A stretch of 64,000 bases of DNA from the human T2T-CHM13v2.0 reference genome, Homo sapiens, in NCBI RefSeq assembly GCF_009914755.1, contig NC_060927.1. One strand, written 5' to 3'. Below the pieces are notes generated by a model. It ran no database searches and was not told the origin of the DNA. It was given only the letters and a program-made list of their open reading frames with translations. Positions 1 to 15,645 of this stretch are shown here, one piece after another. The translations under genes were made by a program, and so were the position numbers. Every line of letters begins with the position of its first letter. Within the stretch, counting starts at the first letter, position 1.

Positions 1-403
1 TACAAAGCAAAGATAACTTATATCATTTAAATCACTGAAAACATGAAAATTATATAAACCTGACCACCATGAGCTAATCTGATGACAAATGGTCAACAAA
101 AAGGCTGTGGCCAAATGGACAGTACTATTAAGCATTTTAAAGTCAGAATGCCTCAGTTTCAATCACAACTAAGTCTTCAGCAATTTTCTCAATATTTCTC
201 TACCTTATTTCTCTCCCATAAAAATGGGAAAAATGGTGACATTGTGACTGTAAAATTCATAGGACTGTTTTGTAGATGAAGAGATGATGTTTAGGACTGA
301 TTTGTGCAAAGGAAGCACTGTACAAGATAAATAGAAAGCAGCAGTATTATTTTTTACTATGATAAAAATACAAGAAAAACTAGTCCAGGAGTAGAGATAT
401 TAA

Positions 404-707
<304 letters not shown>

Positions 708-973
708 AGGAGTTTTATAAACTGTGAGTTATGACCCATTAATAGGTTGTAAAATCAACTGAGTGCGTCATGAGAAGCATTATGAAGAAATGAAACAATT
801 GAAAACAGAGTGCATCACAAGTAAGAGTAAGTATGGCTTCCTGGAACTTCGGGTTTTATTATATATGTATACACGTATACATATACAGGTACAGTGCATA
901 TGTGTGGTACTGAGTTACCAAGTAAAACGATCTTTTCACTATGGAGCACATCAAAAGAGTTTGAAGGCTACTG
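708..973. mobile_element. hAT-Charlie DNA transposon relic (Charlie4-like, tentative)
   Basis: End ...aaaagagtttgaaggctactg and internal gacccattaataggttgtaaaatcaa resemble the recalled consensus. Confidence 0.45.
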
Positions 974-1020
974 TTTCAAAGATAAAATAGGTTATAACTC
1001 TTATTTAAAGAGAAAATTAC

Positions 1021-1076
1021 CTCTTCCAGCCACAGTTGATGGATTTGCTGTAGACCATTTGGAAGAAAAAGGGCGA
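1021..1076 (-). CDS. CLASP2: CLASP2 exon RPFSSKWSTANPSTVAGR(V), 56 nt
   Basis: Acceptor tatactttgcag|T, donor AGAG|gtaatt. Confidence 0.95.
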
Positions 1077-1178
1077 CTGCAAAGTATAAAAAATGCTTTT
1101 AGTAAGAAGACAATTTAACACTCCTCTGATAAAAACCAATAAAATACTACTGAATTTTGTGGAAAGTTGAGAAGTATT

Positions 1179-1487
1179 TCTTTTTTCTTTTTTTTTTTTT
1201 TTGAGACAGAGTCTTGCTGTGTCACCCAGGCTACAGTGTAGTCCCATAATCATGGCTCACTGCAGTCTTGACTTCCCAGACTCAAGTGATCATCCCACCT
1301 CAATCTCTCAAGTTACCTGGGACTATATGTGCCTGCCACCAAGCGTGGCTAATTTTTAAATTTTTAATAGAGATCGGGTTTCCCTAAGTTTCCCAGGCTG
1401 GTCTCAAACTCCTGGGCTCAAGTGTGATCCTCCTACCTCAGCCTCTCAAAGTGCTGGAATTATATGTGTGAGCCACCGTGCCTAGCT
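1179..1487 (-). mobile_element. Alu (J-type)
   Basis: Poly-T plus diverged dimeric Alu. Confidence 0.93.
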
Positions 1488-1989
1488 GGTACTTCCAATT
1501 TGAATTCTCCTTTTACAAATCGCATTAGAACAGTTCCTCCCAATCATCAGGTATCAATGTGTCTCAATTAGCTATGAAGCAAAAATAAAATACTGGCAGT
1601 GAATAAAGACTAAGCTCTACAGAGACAGGGATCAGGTTGCCTTTGTTCACTCTGCTCCTCAACACACATCATGGTGACCACCAAAGAGAACTCGATAACA
1701 GTACTATTATTTTTCACTTGTATCCTGAGATATTTTACTTAGAAGAAAGGGGTAGTGTTATCACTAGCACATAGGCAACTCAGCATAACCAAAGCCTCTC
1801 TCACCTAAGTTGTAAGGTTGTAATGTCCGTGTAATGTTTAAGCTAACATCACATTATTTTTATAAGTGTCTCCCAAAATTGTTATTCTCTTAGATTGAGG
1901 CGGATCACTTTAAGGTTCACAGAATCTAAAGTTGTTTATGTTTAAAAATGTTACATTAGAGCAATATAAAATATCTTCCTTTAGATCCT

Positions 1990-2146
1990 TTGTACTCAAA
2001 ATATGGTCCATGAACAAACAGCATTTAGCATCACCTAGGAGCTTGCAAAAAATGAAAAATCTCAGGACCCACCCCAAAATTACTGAATCAGATTCTAGAT
2101 TTTAAAAAGATCTTCAGGTGATTTGTATATACTTTAAAGTCTGAGC
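1990..2146. mobile_element. MER5-type DNA transposon
   Basis: agcatcacctaggagcttg...actgaatcagattct...caggtgatttgtat pattern. Confidence 0.7.
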
Positions 2147-2375
2147 ATAGTTAATAAAAAGAGAACAAAAGCAACAAAGACAGCTCATTTCAGATGAGGA
2201 ACTTATCACAAATTTAAATAGAAGTTTAAACAGAAATTTAAATAAAAGTTTAGATAGGTCATTATTCCTACAACAATTATTTTTGAAATCAGATCATAAC
2301 TGCTTTTACTCTGAAAACCTATAAGCAACTGAACTTTAGTACAGTATTTGAATGACCCAGTGAGTGCCTGCTTAA

Positions 2376-2892
<517 letters not shown>

Positions 2893-3457
2893 TAATTTTA
2901 GCAATCTCATAGGGCTAGAGAGACAGAAAACAGGGTTATGGCTGCTAAGCAGTAAGGATTTGAGGTAGCCGTCATCAAGATGAGAATGGAGTTACAGAGA
3001 ACTAAGTCAGATACTAGATAATGTTGTCCCTTGAGGGATTTCCTGAATTTTTAAGCTGTGCGACAGGTTAGGAAGGAAAGCAGACTAGTCACATAGTGTT
3101 GTAGAATTCTCAAGATAACTTCTGAATCTCCATTACAATTCCTCCATTAAATGGGCTATTTATTGTAAGTACTGTTTTTGTGGTATTAAAAAAAAATGTA
3201 GTGCTTCCCAGGCTTCTACAGACGTGAACATATTGAAGCAAAATATGAATCATAGAACTCTTTATCCAAAGAGAAGGAATTATGCTGGAAAGTAATCCAA
3301 CTCTTGAAACAGTAGACCAAAATAAATAAGTGTATTAGAGTTACCATTCTTTCAAGGCTTTAGGTGAAAGCAAACAGATATTCAAGTATCCAACTTATGA
3401 AACTTCAGGGAGTTGAGGAGAGGAAGAGACTAGTAATCATTATTTATATGACCTTAC

Positions 3458-3625
3458 TTGAGACTTTCCTGTGAGCTGGATGAGGACCTGTCTGATTGTG
3501 GAAGAGATGCTACACTGCCAGAACTCTTTAAGTAAGTTTGAAGACTCTTCTGATAAGATGGCTCAAGGGAATTATATAATGTTTCAGCTTCACCAGGAAA
3601 GTGGTTTCTAAGACCCATGTATGTC
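3458..3625 (-). CDS. CLASP2: CLASP2 exon TYMGLRNHFPGEAETLYNSLEPSYQKSLQTYLKSSGSVASLPQSDRSSSSSQESL(N), 168 nt; end of TOG2 and start of the Ser-rich linker
   Basis: Acceptor ttttttaacag|G, donor AA|gtaagg; phase 2 to 2. Confidence 0.96.
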
Positions 3626-4250
3626 CTGTTAAAAAAAAAGAAAAGCAGATGAAGTAATAGCTTTACATAATTAGACATTAACAGTAACGTGTACGTTCAA
3701 GAAGGATGAAGATAAGCCCACTGGTTTTCAGCATTATCTGATATTTGTCAGGTGAACACTTTCTAAATTGAACAAGTTCCAGTGGAAAGACTGAAGGCTT
3801 TTGAGAAAAGGAGATCTCAGTTCAAAACCTGCTGTGCCACTTATAGTTTGTGTGGCCTTGGGTAAACCCCTAAGTGTCCAAATTTCAGTTGCCATCTATG
3901 GAGATAACACTATCTTCGGAGGATCATTCTAAGGATTAGAAAATAACATATAACAAGTACTTCAAACAATATCAGGTTCACAATACAAACTTGATAAGTG
4001 ATAGTCTTTTTATTCATGATGAAAGTGAATAGGTTATGACAAAAAAAGAATACTGATGATTACATGTCAGTGGCAACATGTAGGAGGCTGTTAGATGTCT
4101 AATACAGATGTAATGGAGAAAAAACAATCTTAATTTTACTGGAGGGCTAGTCAAGTAAAATACTTGGACACTTCTGATATTTTCATTCTCCTAATACATT
4201 TTTTTTTAAAAAAGATTAAACTGTCACAAAACTATACTACACTGACTTAC

Positions 4251-4328
4251 TTTCTTGCCTCCACTCTGGCCTCAGCGTCAGCATCATGAATTCCCTTTTT
4301 AATAGTTTCAACCAAGACGGCTGCATGT
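4251..4328 (-). CDS. CLASP2: CLASP2 TOG2 exon HAAVLVETIKKGIHDADAEARVEAR(K), 78 nt
   Basis: Acceptor ttttatag|A, donor AA|gtaagt; phase 2 to 2. Confidence 0.96.
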
Positions 4329-5433
4329 CTATAAAATAAAATACATCTTTAGAGTTATGATATAGCTGTATGTTTCACCACAAATGGTACTTAAGGCCTA
4401 TATGTTACATATTAATCACAAACAGGTAGGCGAGGAAAATAAAAATTAATTAGTGTACAATAATAAATCTAAGACCATAAGATTTTCTAATTATCTGCCC
4501 CATATGTTTTATTCATGTATGGTTTCCTTCTGACAATCCAATTATTATAAATCTAAAAGTAATTATTTTTACATGGAATTCAGATAGTGTATAAATACAT
4601 AGTACCTAAATTTTTAATTTTTAATAAATTAGAGAAAAAAAGAATCTTCTGTGTGGTTCCTCACTAATCCACCACTGTAGAAATGATTTGCTAAGTGTGA
4701 TCAATTGTGATCTGACCAAATTTGAATAGTAGCTGCCACAGAAGAACGCAAAGAAAACTTGAAATTATATTATGCCTACATTAAAAAACAAATTCTATTT
4801 TTTAAAAATGAGCTTTAAGAATTCAAGAATTTCCATGAAAATGAAAAATCAGCAATATACTCAAGGTAAATACAATGTCTTCCAAGCTTCAAACTTGAAG
4901 TTAATGAGAAATATAGCCATGCAAATAGCCAGTCACCAATCAGCTGCCCACATTTTCCTCTCCGTCATCTCAGAGTTACACTAGACATTGCCCAGTATAT
5001 ACTTGACCAATGACATCTGACAGCTGGTGTGGAGAAACCTCCCAACAAATATCTCTTCTTAAAAATCTCTTTCCTCTGAAAGGAGGCTCCTTCCATCTTA
5101 AATCATTCATTACATGATTGATTACACTTCAGGAAACTTACATCATATGACTAGAGATACATTTTTAAACTTTTGCCCAACTCAACTTGGAGTATCTTAT
5201 ATAACCCATTCTATTTGAGAAACCCTTACCCATCCCACAAACAAAGAAGAAAATCATACTATTCATGGTTGTAATGAGTAAGAGGAGCACAACACCACCA
5301 CAGCTTTAAAGGAAAACCAGTACAAATAACCTTTGAAGCAAAATGAGAAATAATGTAAAACCAATACCATCAACTTCTAAAGAACTGGTGACAATGGGGA
5401 GGAAAGTGGGAGGAAGGAAGAGGGAATGCATAC

Positions 5434-5493
5434 CTTTCCAATGAATGAGTCTGCCACTCTTGCAACAATAAATCTAAAAATTCAAATGAACGT
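5434..5493 (-). CDS. CLASP2: CLASP2 TOG2 exon RSFEFLDLLLQEWQTHSLE(R), 60 nt
   Basis: Acceptor ttatttttcag|A, donor AAG|gtatgc; phase 2 to 2. Confidence 0.96.
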
Positions 5494-5593
5494 CTGAAAA
5501 ATAAAAGTTGAATGATAACTAAATGTTGTATTGAGAAATACATTAACACTTTCTTTTATACTACTACACTTTGCCCCCTAAATTAAAGCATAA

Positions 5594-5812
<219 letters not shown>

Positions 5813-5863
5813 TAAGACTTCCTCATAATTTTAACTTAAAATGTGTGTCAAATATAAACCTTA

Positions 5864-6166
<303 letters not shown>

Positions 6167-7454
6167 TTAACAAGTTTCATTTATTAATTTAAAAATATTT
6201 ATTAAACATCTATGCACTTGACAGTGAAGATATACAATGGTGATCAAGAAAGCCACAACAATCTGGATCTTTCATCTTTACACTGTTTCCTTACATATGT
6301 ATGTATATGACTTTACATAAAGTTTGTGTACATTTTCTCCTAAGTCCTCTATTTCTCAGTTTCTTCAACTGTCTCATACTTGAGCTCCTCTCCTTCCTTG
6401 GCATTTGATGACACAGCTCTGACCTGTATTTCTTCCTTTATTAACACTTTTTCCTCCACTTTCCCTTAAACAGATGCTCACCTGGTTGGTACCAATATTA
6501 GCCCACTTATCTTTTTATAGTCTTTTTATTGAGGCAACATAATCTGTACCCTTAGTTCTGCTTATGAGATATAATTATCACATCTAGTCCTGTATCTCCA
6601 GCATTGATGTATCACTTCAGCTGTCAAAGTTCCAACTGGTTTATGGATGTCTCTACATAGGCAGTGAATGTCAACTCAAACACTACATAGAAAACAAGGA
6701 ATTAATTCGTACCCTTTCAAATCTACTCTTTTAGCTCATATACTACAGATTAGGAAATGAGAAATGGGGAGGTTAAATTAACTTGCTCAAAGTGATGGAG
6801 TTAAACTTAAACCTTGGCATTCTGACTCCAGAACTCACAGTCTGAAGCACTTAACACCACCCTCCTCATCTATATCCAATTATCAAGTCTCATTTCTACA
6901 CATGAAATACGTTTTGAACTTGTTAATTAAATAAAACCTTCAATCAATTATCAACACAGTTCAACACAGTTCTAGTTCAGACTCTGCTTCTCTCTTCCAT
7001 GAATTATAACAACTCCTATCTAATTAAACAATGCTTTTCATTGTTTCTTCTCAATCACTTTCATAGCTGGAGTAAAAATTAGGCTTGGACATCACCTCCT
7101 CACCAAAAATCTACAACTGTCAAAGATTCCTACTATCTATGAAATAAAGTCAAAATTCCTTTTCATAACATTCAAAGCCCTCCACACTATGATCTCAACC
7201 TACTCCCCAGCCTTCAACCACCTTCTTTTCCCACTGAAACCTTTCATTTATCATATGTTCTGGCCTCAGGGGCCTATCTGATGGCTCTGCAGCATATGAC
7301 ATAGCTTTACATTTCTGCTTAGGTTGTACTCCACTCACTCTCCCTACAGTTAATGGATTGCTCCCCATTTTTAAGGCAATTCTATGGTACATTTTCTGAT
7401 TTTGTCTTCTGTCACATTCTTATTTTTCCAATTACCATTTTCCTCAATGTAAGA

Positions 7455-7666
7455 CGGGTTGGTTAAACTGTTCTGTAAAGGGCTGGACAGTAAATATTTT
7501 AAGCTTTGTGGACCACATACAGTCTCTGTCTCATATTCTTCACCCCCATCCCCTACCTTTTAAATCACCCTTTAACAACGTAAAAAACCCCCTTAGCATG
7601 TGTAGGCTGTACAAAACCAGACTATTGGCCACATTTTACCTGCAAGCTGTTGTTTGCTGACCCCTG
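7455..7666. mobile_element. MER58-type DNA transposon
   Basis: aaactgttctgtaaagggc...gtaaatatttt start; tttgctgacccctg end. Confidence 0.75.
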
Positions 7667-7876
7667 ACATAAGACAGAGATGACTGAACAACTGTTGTCA
7701 AAAGTTTGAACCACTTCAAATAACAATGTCTTATTCAGCTTCTTCCTAACACAGTATTTAATTAAACATATTTACCTAATTTAAAAAGGCAGAGTTCTTT
7801 ACAATCTTCTTAAACATCAAATGTACAAATCTTGTTTTTCCTGTCTTTATTATTGTTGGCGATAGTGGTGTGAAGT

Positions 7877-8342
7877 TGTCAGAATCAAAATGAAGTCATT
7901 TGTGTTACAACACACACACATACACATACACTTAACAAATGGAGCTGAGGAAGGCCATTAAGGGAGAGTTCTTATGAATAAATGACTGATAACAAGAGCT
8001 ATCACAAAAGACTCCAAAAAAACACAACCTTGCACAAAGGCTATCGCAACCTTACAAAAACAAACAAACAAACAAAAATTCTGCAAGGACATCTACGCAG
8101 CAACTGCCTGTCCAACCTCAAGTTGGCATCACCCTTGTTACTGATCCTTGTAGTCCAGGATAACCACCTCAAAATGATTATGTAATCTTCCTCATTTTTC
8201 CTTTAAAAACCTTTGTTTTCCTTTACCTCCCTGAATACGCATAGTTTACTACTGTATGCAAAATACCACTGTAATCCTCATTCCTGCATAAATACTAATA
8301 TCATTTTCTTTCAGAGAAACTCTCTTGTTATTCAGGTTTACA
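7877..8342 (+). mobile_element. ERV1-class solo LTR (MER72-like, tentative)
   Basis: TG...CA termini (tgtcagaatcaaaatgaagtca ... caggtttaca), about 465 bp, tttaaaaa TATA-like element. Confidence 0.55.
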
Positions 8343-8866
8343 GGTGTGATGTTAAGAATTGTAGAAACCAGAGACAGAGGCAGACACTAACTGAAAGACC
8401 TGATAGGGCTATATACTCCGTTCCAAACACCAGGCTACATTCTACTAATGTGTATCTCATTTAATCCTTATGTTCTACGGGGTTGACATTATTAGCTCTA
8501 CTAACCTATGCAGGGACTAAGGTTCAGAGCAGTTAAATAATTGCCTAAGGTAGAACAGTCAATGGCAGTTGTAGGACTCAAGCCCAGACCTGACTCTGTA
8601 CTCCTTGTTCTCTGAAAACCAAGGCAACCAGCAGCCCAAATAAACCAAAGCTTAATATGATAAAACTAAGAAAAGTGGGTGGTCATAATAATCACTTCAT
8701 CCCTTTTCCCTTACATGAGATATGATTAAAAAAACAAAACAAAACACTTTTTTATGGTTTTCTGGAAGGCAAGAAATGAATGACCAATTCTTGCAGCAGA
8801 CAAATAATTAAACAATGCAGTATCAGAGCTATACTAACAACAACAACAACAAAAAATTAAACTTAC

Positions 8867-8937
8867 CTCCTCACGGGAACTGATTTTGATGTGCAATTGC
8901 TTGTTATTAAAGGTATAAGTCTGGGTACATGAGTATG
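8867..8937 (-). CDS. CLASP2: CLASP2 TOG2 exon HTHVPRLIPLITSNCTSKSVPVR(R), 71 nt
   Basis: Acceptor tctttttcag|CAT, donor AG|gtaagt. Confidence 0.96.
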
Positions 8938-9581
8938 CTGAAAAAGATGTTTTAGAAAAGGTTGAAAATACTACACACTTCATGTGGTCCTTTCTTCTAT
9001 TTGCCTTACATTCAAGTATTTAGTTATGTTACAAGAGGACAAAAAGACCAGATATTAGATTTGAAAGAAATTAAGACCAGTCTTGAAAAGTTTTCCTGAA
9101 TTAATGTAATGTAATGATGATACAGTTTCAAAAGGACAGGTATGGATATAATATGATCTAACAAAGAAAAGTTAACCGTTTAACTGCAAAGAACTGTTAA
9201 GACAATATAGTTTTGGGGGAGAGGGAGCACTAAGAGGGACTGGGCATGTACTGGCCACATTTTCTGAAGTACCATGGCTACTGCTGGTAAAAAATCATAA
9301 TTGCCATGTCATCAAAGCAGGTAGTCGAGTGAATCTATTTCCTTAACTATTGGGAATGCACTTTGAAATGGTGGTCTTAATAGAACTTTCACTTCATTCT
9401 GGCTGAATCGTATCTCTCTAGAATTCAAGTAGAAGTTCCATAAAGACATAATCTTCTGATTTCTATTAGTAATTCTTATGCCCTTCTTTAGTGAAGCAAA
9501 CAGTAAAAAGTTCATAATAGACATTAACATAAGCATACATATTTAATTCCTTAAATCTCCTGTATTCCTTCTGAGCTAATG

Positions 9582-10411
9582 GTACAGGCTGGGTTATCTA
9601 GGAAGCAGGCTATGAGATGGAGTTTAGCATGCAGGATATGTATTAGGAAGTGCCCTTGAAAGACAAATATCACATGTTCTCACTCATGTGGGAGATAAAC
9701 AAAAGTGGATCTCATGAAGATAGAGAATAGGTTAGTCATGATCAGAGGCTAGGAAGGATAGGGGGAGGAGGGAGTGAAAAGGGGTTGATTAATAGGTATA
9801 GAGTTAGAACAATAAGATCTAGTGTTCGATAGTTCAGTAGGTTGACTATGGTTAACAACAATCTATTGTACATTTCAAAATAGCTAAAAGAGAATAATTA
9901 GAATGTTCCTAGCATGAAGATAAATATTTAAGGTGATTAATTCCCTATTACCCTAATTTGACACTGACACATGTGAATGCATTAAAATATCACATGTACC
10001 CCCAAAATATGTACATTACATATTAATTTTTTGTAAATGCCCTTGGGGTTACCATCTGTGGATGTGAGATGAAGGAAGCAGGAGTGGAGCAGGCAGAGGA
10101 AGAAATTGAACTGTGATACAGCCCAAGGCTATCTTTGCCCAAAACCATTACGAAGCTCTAAACTGAAATAGTCCCTGAGAATACTCTTGAATTGGTCCAA
10201 GATGGCCAAACCTTTATACTTCCACATCAATCAGTTATTGGATATGGGCAATACTGGGAAGGGGCAACACCTTGGGAAAGGCAGCTCTCTAGCTGAAATA
10301 ATCCTTTAAGACACTGGCAACAGAAGGCTGTCTACTAACAGTTCTCCTAGCATTGGGGAAACAAGTCTTTCATTGAAGGAAAGTGCATATGGCACATCAG
10401 TGTTTGCCACA
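9582..10411 (-). mobile_element. LTR16-like ERVL LTR interrupted by an L1MA fragment
   Basis: ggaagcaggctatgagatggagtttagcatgcagg...ggcagaggaagaaattgaactgtgat matches recalled LTR16 (reverse strand). Confidence 0.6.
9659..10037 (+). mobile_element. L1MA 3'-end fragment
   Basis: aagacaaatatcacatgttctcactcat...cacatgtacccccaaaatatgtac; flanked by a tgcccttg duplication. Confidence 0.8.
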
Positions 10412-11536
10412 GCTAACTCAACCAAAATAAATGAAAACCCTTTTTTCAGCCACTAAAGAGAAACGATCTATAGACTTGAAGCTGTTGAAGATGAGAATAA
10501 TGCAAGAAAGTGTGCTGACATGCCTGTTAGTCAACTGTTTAATTCAGCATGAAAGGACTCTGTGGACCTGCTCCCTACAGCATTCACAAGAGCCCACTTC
10601 TCAAACATTACTACGGAGGTAAAACCCATGGAGATCCCCTAGCTACAACAACTATAAAGGAGGTCTTACCTACCACACTTCTCCATTTTTCTTCTAACTT
10701 CTGCAAAATCCTAATGCTGGGTTAATCACATCCATGACAGTGGCAAGGATGGAGAGATAAACTAACCTAACCATTGCTACATCATACTCAGGGGGAGCTG
10801 TACCAAAGGAAAGTAAAAATTTACATCAATTACAGATGAAGCATTCAATCAAACACTAAGTCAGAACAATTTACACTTTATTAATATAAGTTGACAACAG
10901 GGGAAAAAAAGCTTCCTAAAATTAAAAAGAGAATTAGAAATTAAGTACAGCAATCTAAGGAAGTAGACTCTTAGGAAATAAACAAAGCAAAGAAAAACAG
11001 GGGTAATATTTAAAAATTATTGCATTATTGGTGAGATGATAGGCTAGTATAATAACGTGAAAAATGAGCAATTTGAAAACAAAGTATAAAGAGTAAAGCC
11101 TGAGAATCACAAAATGGGTACTTTCAAATAAGTAGAATTTAAAGGAATTTTTCCTTACATACAGCTGTTAAGACAGAGACAAGAAGTTATTCAAAAAATG
11201 ATAAATGACATCAAGGATTTCAGAATTTGTGTAACAAAAGTAACAGCAGGAAAAGATCTGAGCCAATAAGACAGAAGTACTAAATAAAGAAAAGATCCAT
11301 GAAAATTAACATAAATTTAAGATAACCAATTTCTGTCAAAAATCCTTGTCCACTGTATAAGAATAGTATTACTGAAAGACAATTGACTCCTAGACCTGCT
11401 GTGGGGAAAATCTTCACACAAAGGGACTGTCTTACAAAACTTCCTAAAGGTTGCTTGGTAGTGGTGGTGGTTGTTTTGCTATAAAATAATCAAATAGTCT
11501 CATTTTTAGAGGCAACAATAAAAAGTTAAGAAAACG

Positions 11537-11858
11537 GGCTGGGCATGGTGGCTCACGCCTGTAATCCCAACACTTTGGAAGGCCAAGGCAGGCGGATCGC
11601 CTCACTTTCCCAAAGTGCTGGGATTACAGGAGTGAGCCAGGAGGTCAGGAGTTCGAGAGCAGCCTGACCAACATAGTGAAACTTCGCCTCTACTAAAAAT
11701 ACAAAAATTAGCCAGGCGTGGTGGCAGGTGCCTGAAAGCCCAGCTACTTGGGAGGCTGAGGCAGAAGAATAGCTTGAACCTGGGAGGTAGAGGTTGCAGT
11801 GGGTGGAGATGGTGCTACTGGAGTGACAGAGCGAGACTCCATAACAACAACAACAAAA
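11537..11858 (+). mobile_element. Alu (S-type) with an internal inverted duplication
   Basis: Dimeric Alu with (caa)n tail; see findings. Confidence 0.93.
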
Positions 11859-13051
11859 TTTGTGAAAGAAAAGGAAAGTGAACCTGAAGTTCAACGGTCA
11901 AATTTTTAGTCCCCATATTCTGAATTGGCAAGGAAAAGCCAAACCAAATTATACAAAGATAAAAATATATATGAAAAGTGAGAAAACACTAAAGCCAAAC
12001 AAGAATGACCCAGAATCAATTAAAAAAAGGGAAGTGACAGTATACCAATAAATGGGTCAGAAATAAAAGCAGTAAAAAACTACAGTTAATTACAGTTGCT
12101 GAAAATGAAAATATCTTTGTTAAATTTAATTCAATGGGTAAGGGAAAAAATGACATGAATGAAATAAAATGTATACTTTTTAAAAGGCAGAGAGGAGCAT
12201 AACAAAGGTTTTATTCTTGACAATAAGGAACTTCTAAATTACAAAAAAAAAAAAAAAGGAAAGAAAAGCAGCACAACGAACAGGAAACAAAATATAAGAA
12301 AAAAATACTATTTCAAGATGATAATAGTAAAAAAACCTTGACCATACATAAAGTACATATATCAAGAACTGTTAGAAAAATGAAATTGACAAAATTAGAA
12401 CCAGAATTTACCAGATAAAGCAGATTTAAAAAAAAAAGAGACCATAAAGAACTTGAATAACGTAAATAAAACATAAGCTAGATTTAGTGATGAACAAAGT
12501 ACTCAATTCTATGCCAAAGAATTCTACATTTGTAAATGATAACCGACTACCTATATAAAGTGATGACATACTAGAACACAAATAAAATTTCAAGACATTC
12601 ACTAAAGAATAAATCATACAACCAAATTCCCTGATCAGAATGTCATGAAACTAAAAAATAATGACAATAAGAACAAAAGCACCATCTGAAAATGAAAATA
12701 TTATTATGTAATTCAAAGAAGTTGAAATGGAAATTACAAATGATTGAAAACATAAATAAAACATGGTAAATTTAAATCACTGAGATGCTGCCAAAGCCAA
12801 ACTCAGAAGAAAACCCAAAGCCTTATAATAATAAAGAAAAAGCAGTGCAAATTGTCTAAAGATATACCACAAAAATCTAGAAAAATAAAATGAGCTAAAA
12901 GTTGAAAAAAAAATAGAAACTAAAGAATTAGAAAAATTAAATAATCTCACTACAATCAATAAAACTATAAACTGAATTATAAAGAACCCAAAATAATGCC
13001 TCTGCCAAGTATATATAAAAGAATGTATAACATTCTAAAAAGAAAAAGTCA

Positions 13052-13113
13052 GCTGGGTGCAGGAGCTCACACTTGTAATCCCAGCTTCTTGGGAGGCTGA
13101 GGCGAGAGGATTG
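13052..13113 (+). mobile_element. Alu 5' fragment
   Basis: gctgggtgcaggagctcacacttgtaatcccagc...gggaggctgaggcgagaggattg. Confidence 0.8.
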
Positions 13114-13566
13114 CCAACATTTCAAAATAAAAGATTCAAGATGCCCAGAGCCTAAAACAATGGAAATGTTATTATATAATCTTAAAGGTCATTAAACCCT
13201 AATAGCAGAACAATATATTAACAAAATATGTAAAACAGGAAAAAAAATTCACAAAATACTTATTCATTTAAATGAATGCCAAAATCTTACTAAACTTAGC
13301 CAACCGAATCTAGCAGTATCTTAATGTACAATGGCCAAGCAGAATTTAGTTCCTGAATGTATAATGAATAAATGAAAAAACAAAGATAATCATTTCTAAA
13401 GATATTAAAGGGCTATCTGATAAAATTCAACATCTATTCCTGATCAAACTTTAGCAAAATGTGAACAGCAGGAAATTTCCATAATCTAATATACTATATC
13501 CATAGAAACACATTAAAAATCATATTTAATTAACGTTAAATATGATCCCACCCAATTCAAGGATAA

Positions 13567-13893
<327 letters not shown>

Positions 13894-14796
13894 TCTATAT
13901 TTTCTAACATTGTTACAAAGGTTCTGGATTAAGGTTGTCTACAATCTTAAAAAAAAAAAAAGCCTGAAACGGGAAAAAAGGACCATTTTCGTATTTTAAA
14001 TTAGCATTTAATATAAAATACGAAAATTAGCATTTAATTTAAAATATGAAAATAGTGAAAAAGAACACTTCCTGGGAAAGTAATATTAGGAATAAACTTA
14101 CTTTTTTTTAACAGGAAAGGACAAACTGATCAAGGAAACTGAAAACACATTTAAGAAACAGACTTACATATTTATGAAAATTTATTACATGAAAACAACA
14201 CCATTTCAAAAAAAGGCTACATTGTAATTCACCACACGCTACTGGCTCAATTGGCTTTGTATTGGGGGAAATATGAAGTTAGAAATCTATATTTCACACA
14301 AAAATTAAATCCAGTTAGATCTAAACCTAAGAAAAAAATGACAGAAGTTCTAAATGATTGAATATTTTTGTGTAACTGTGAAATTGGGAAAGTTGTTTTA
14401 ACTATAACAAAACCCACAAAATGAACAAGTCTCGATACATAAAAATTTAAAATTCTGATATATAACAAAAGAGCTTATACAATATTTGAAGCAATGTCAG
14501 ACTGTAGAAAATACCACAACATATGCAACACAGAATTAATATCCTTGATATATAAAAAGATCTTAGAAGTGAGAAAAAATGCAGAGTATAAACTGACAAT
14601 CCATAGAATTATAGAAGGAAAAAAATAGCTAACATCCCTAATAATGCAGGAAATGCAAAGTAGAATATGAAATAATGGTTATTAAATTATAAAATGCCAA
14701 AGATACTGATAAAAGACAATATTGGCAAAGGAATGGAGAAAAAGGACTCCAGGAAGAAGACTGCAGGAATAAGAATGGTGCGGATAATTATTATTA

Positions 14797-15110
<314 letters not shown>

Positions 15111-15225
15111 TGGTGAGGATAATTTGATGCTATATCCTTAAGAGAAGACTAATTTAGACATTAAAAAGAATTACACATATGGATAAGGGATGTTGCCCAA
15201 GTACATGAAGTTTAAAAAGAAGCTA

Positions 15226-15645
<420 letters not shown>

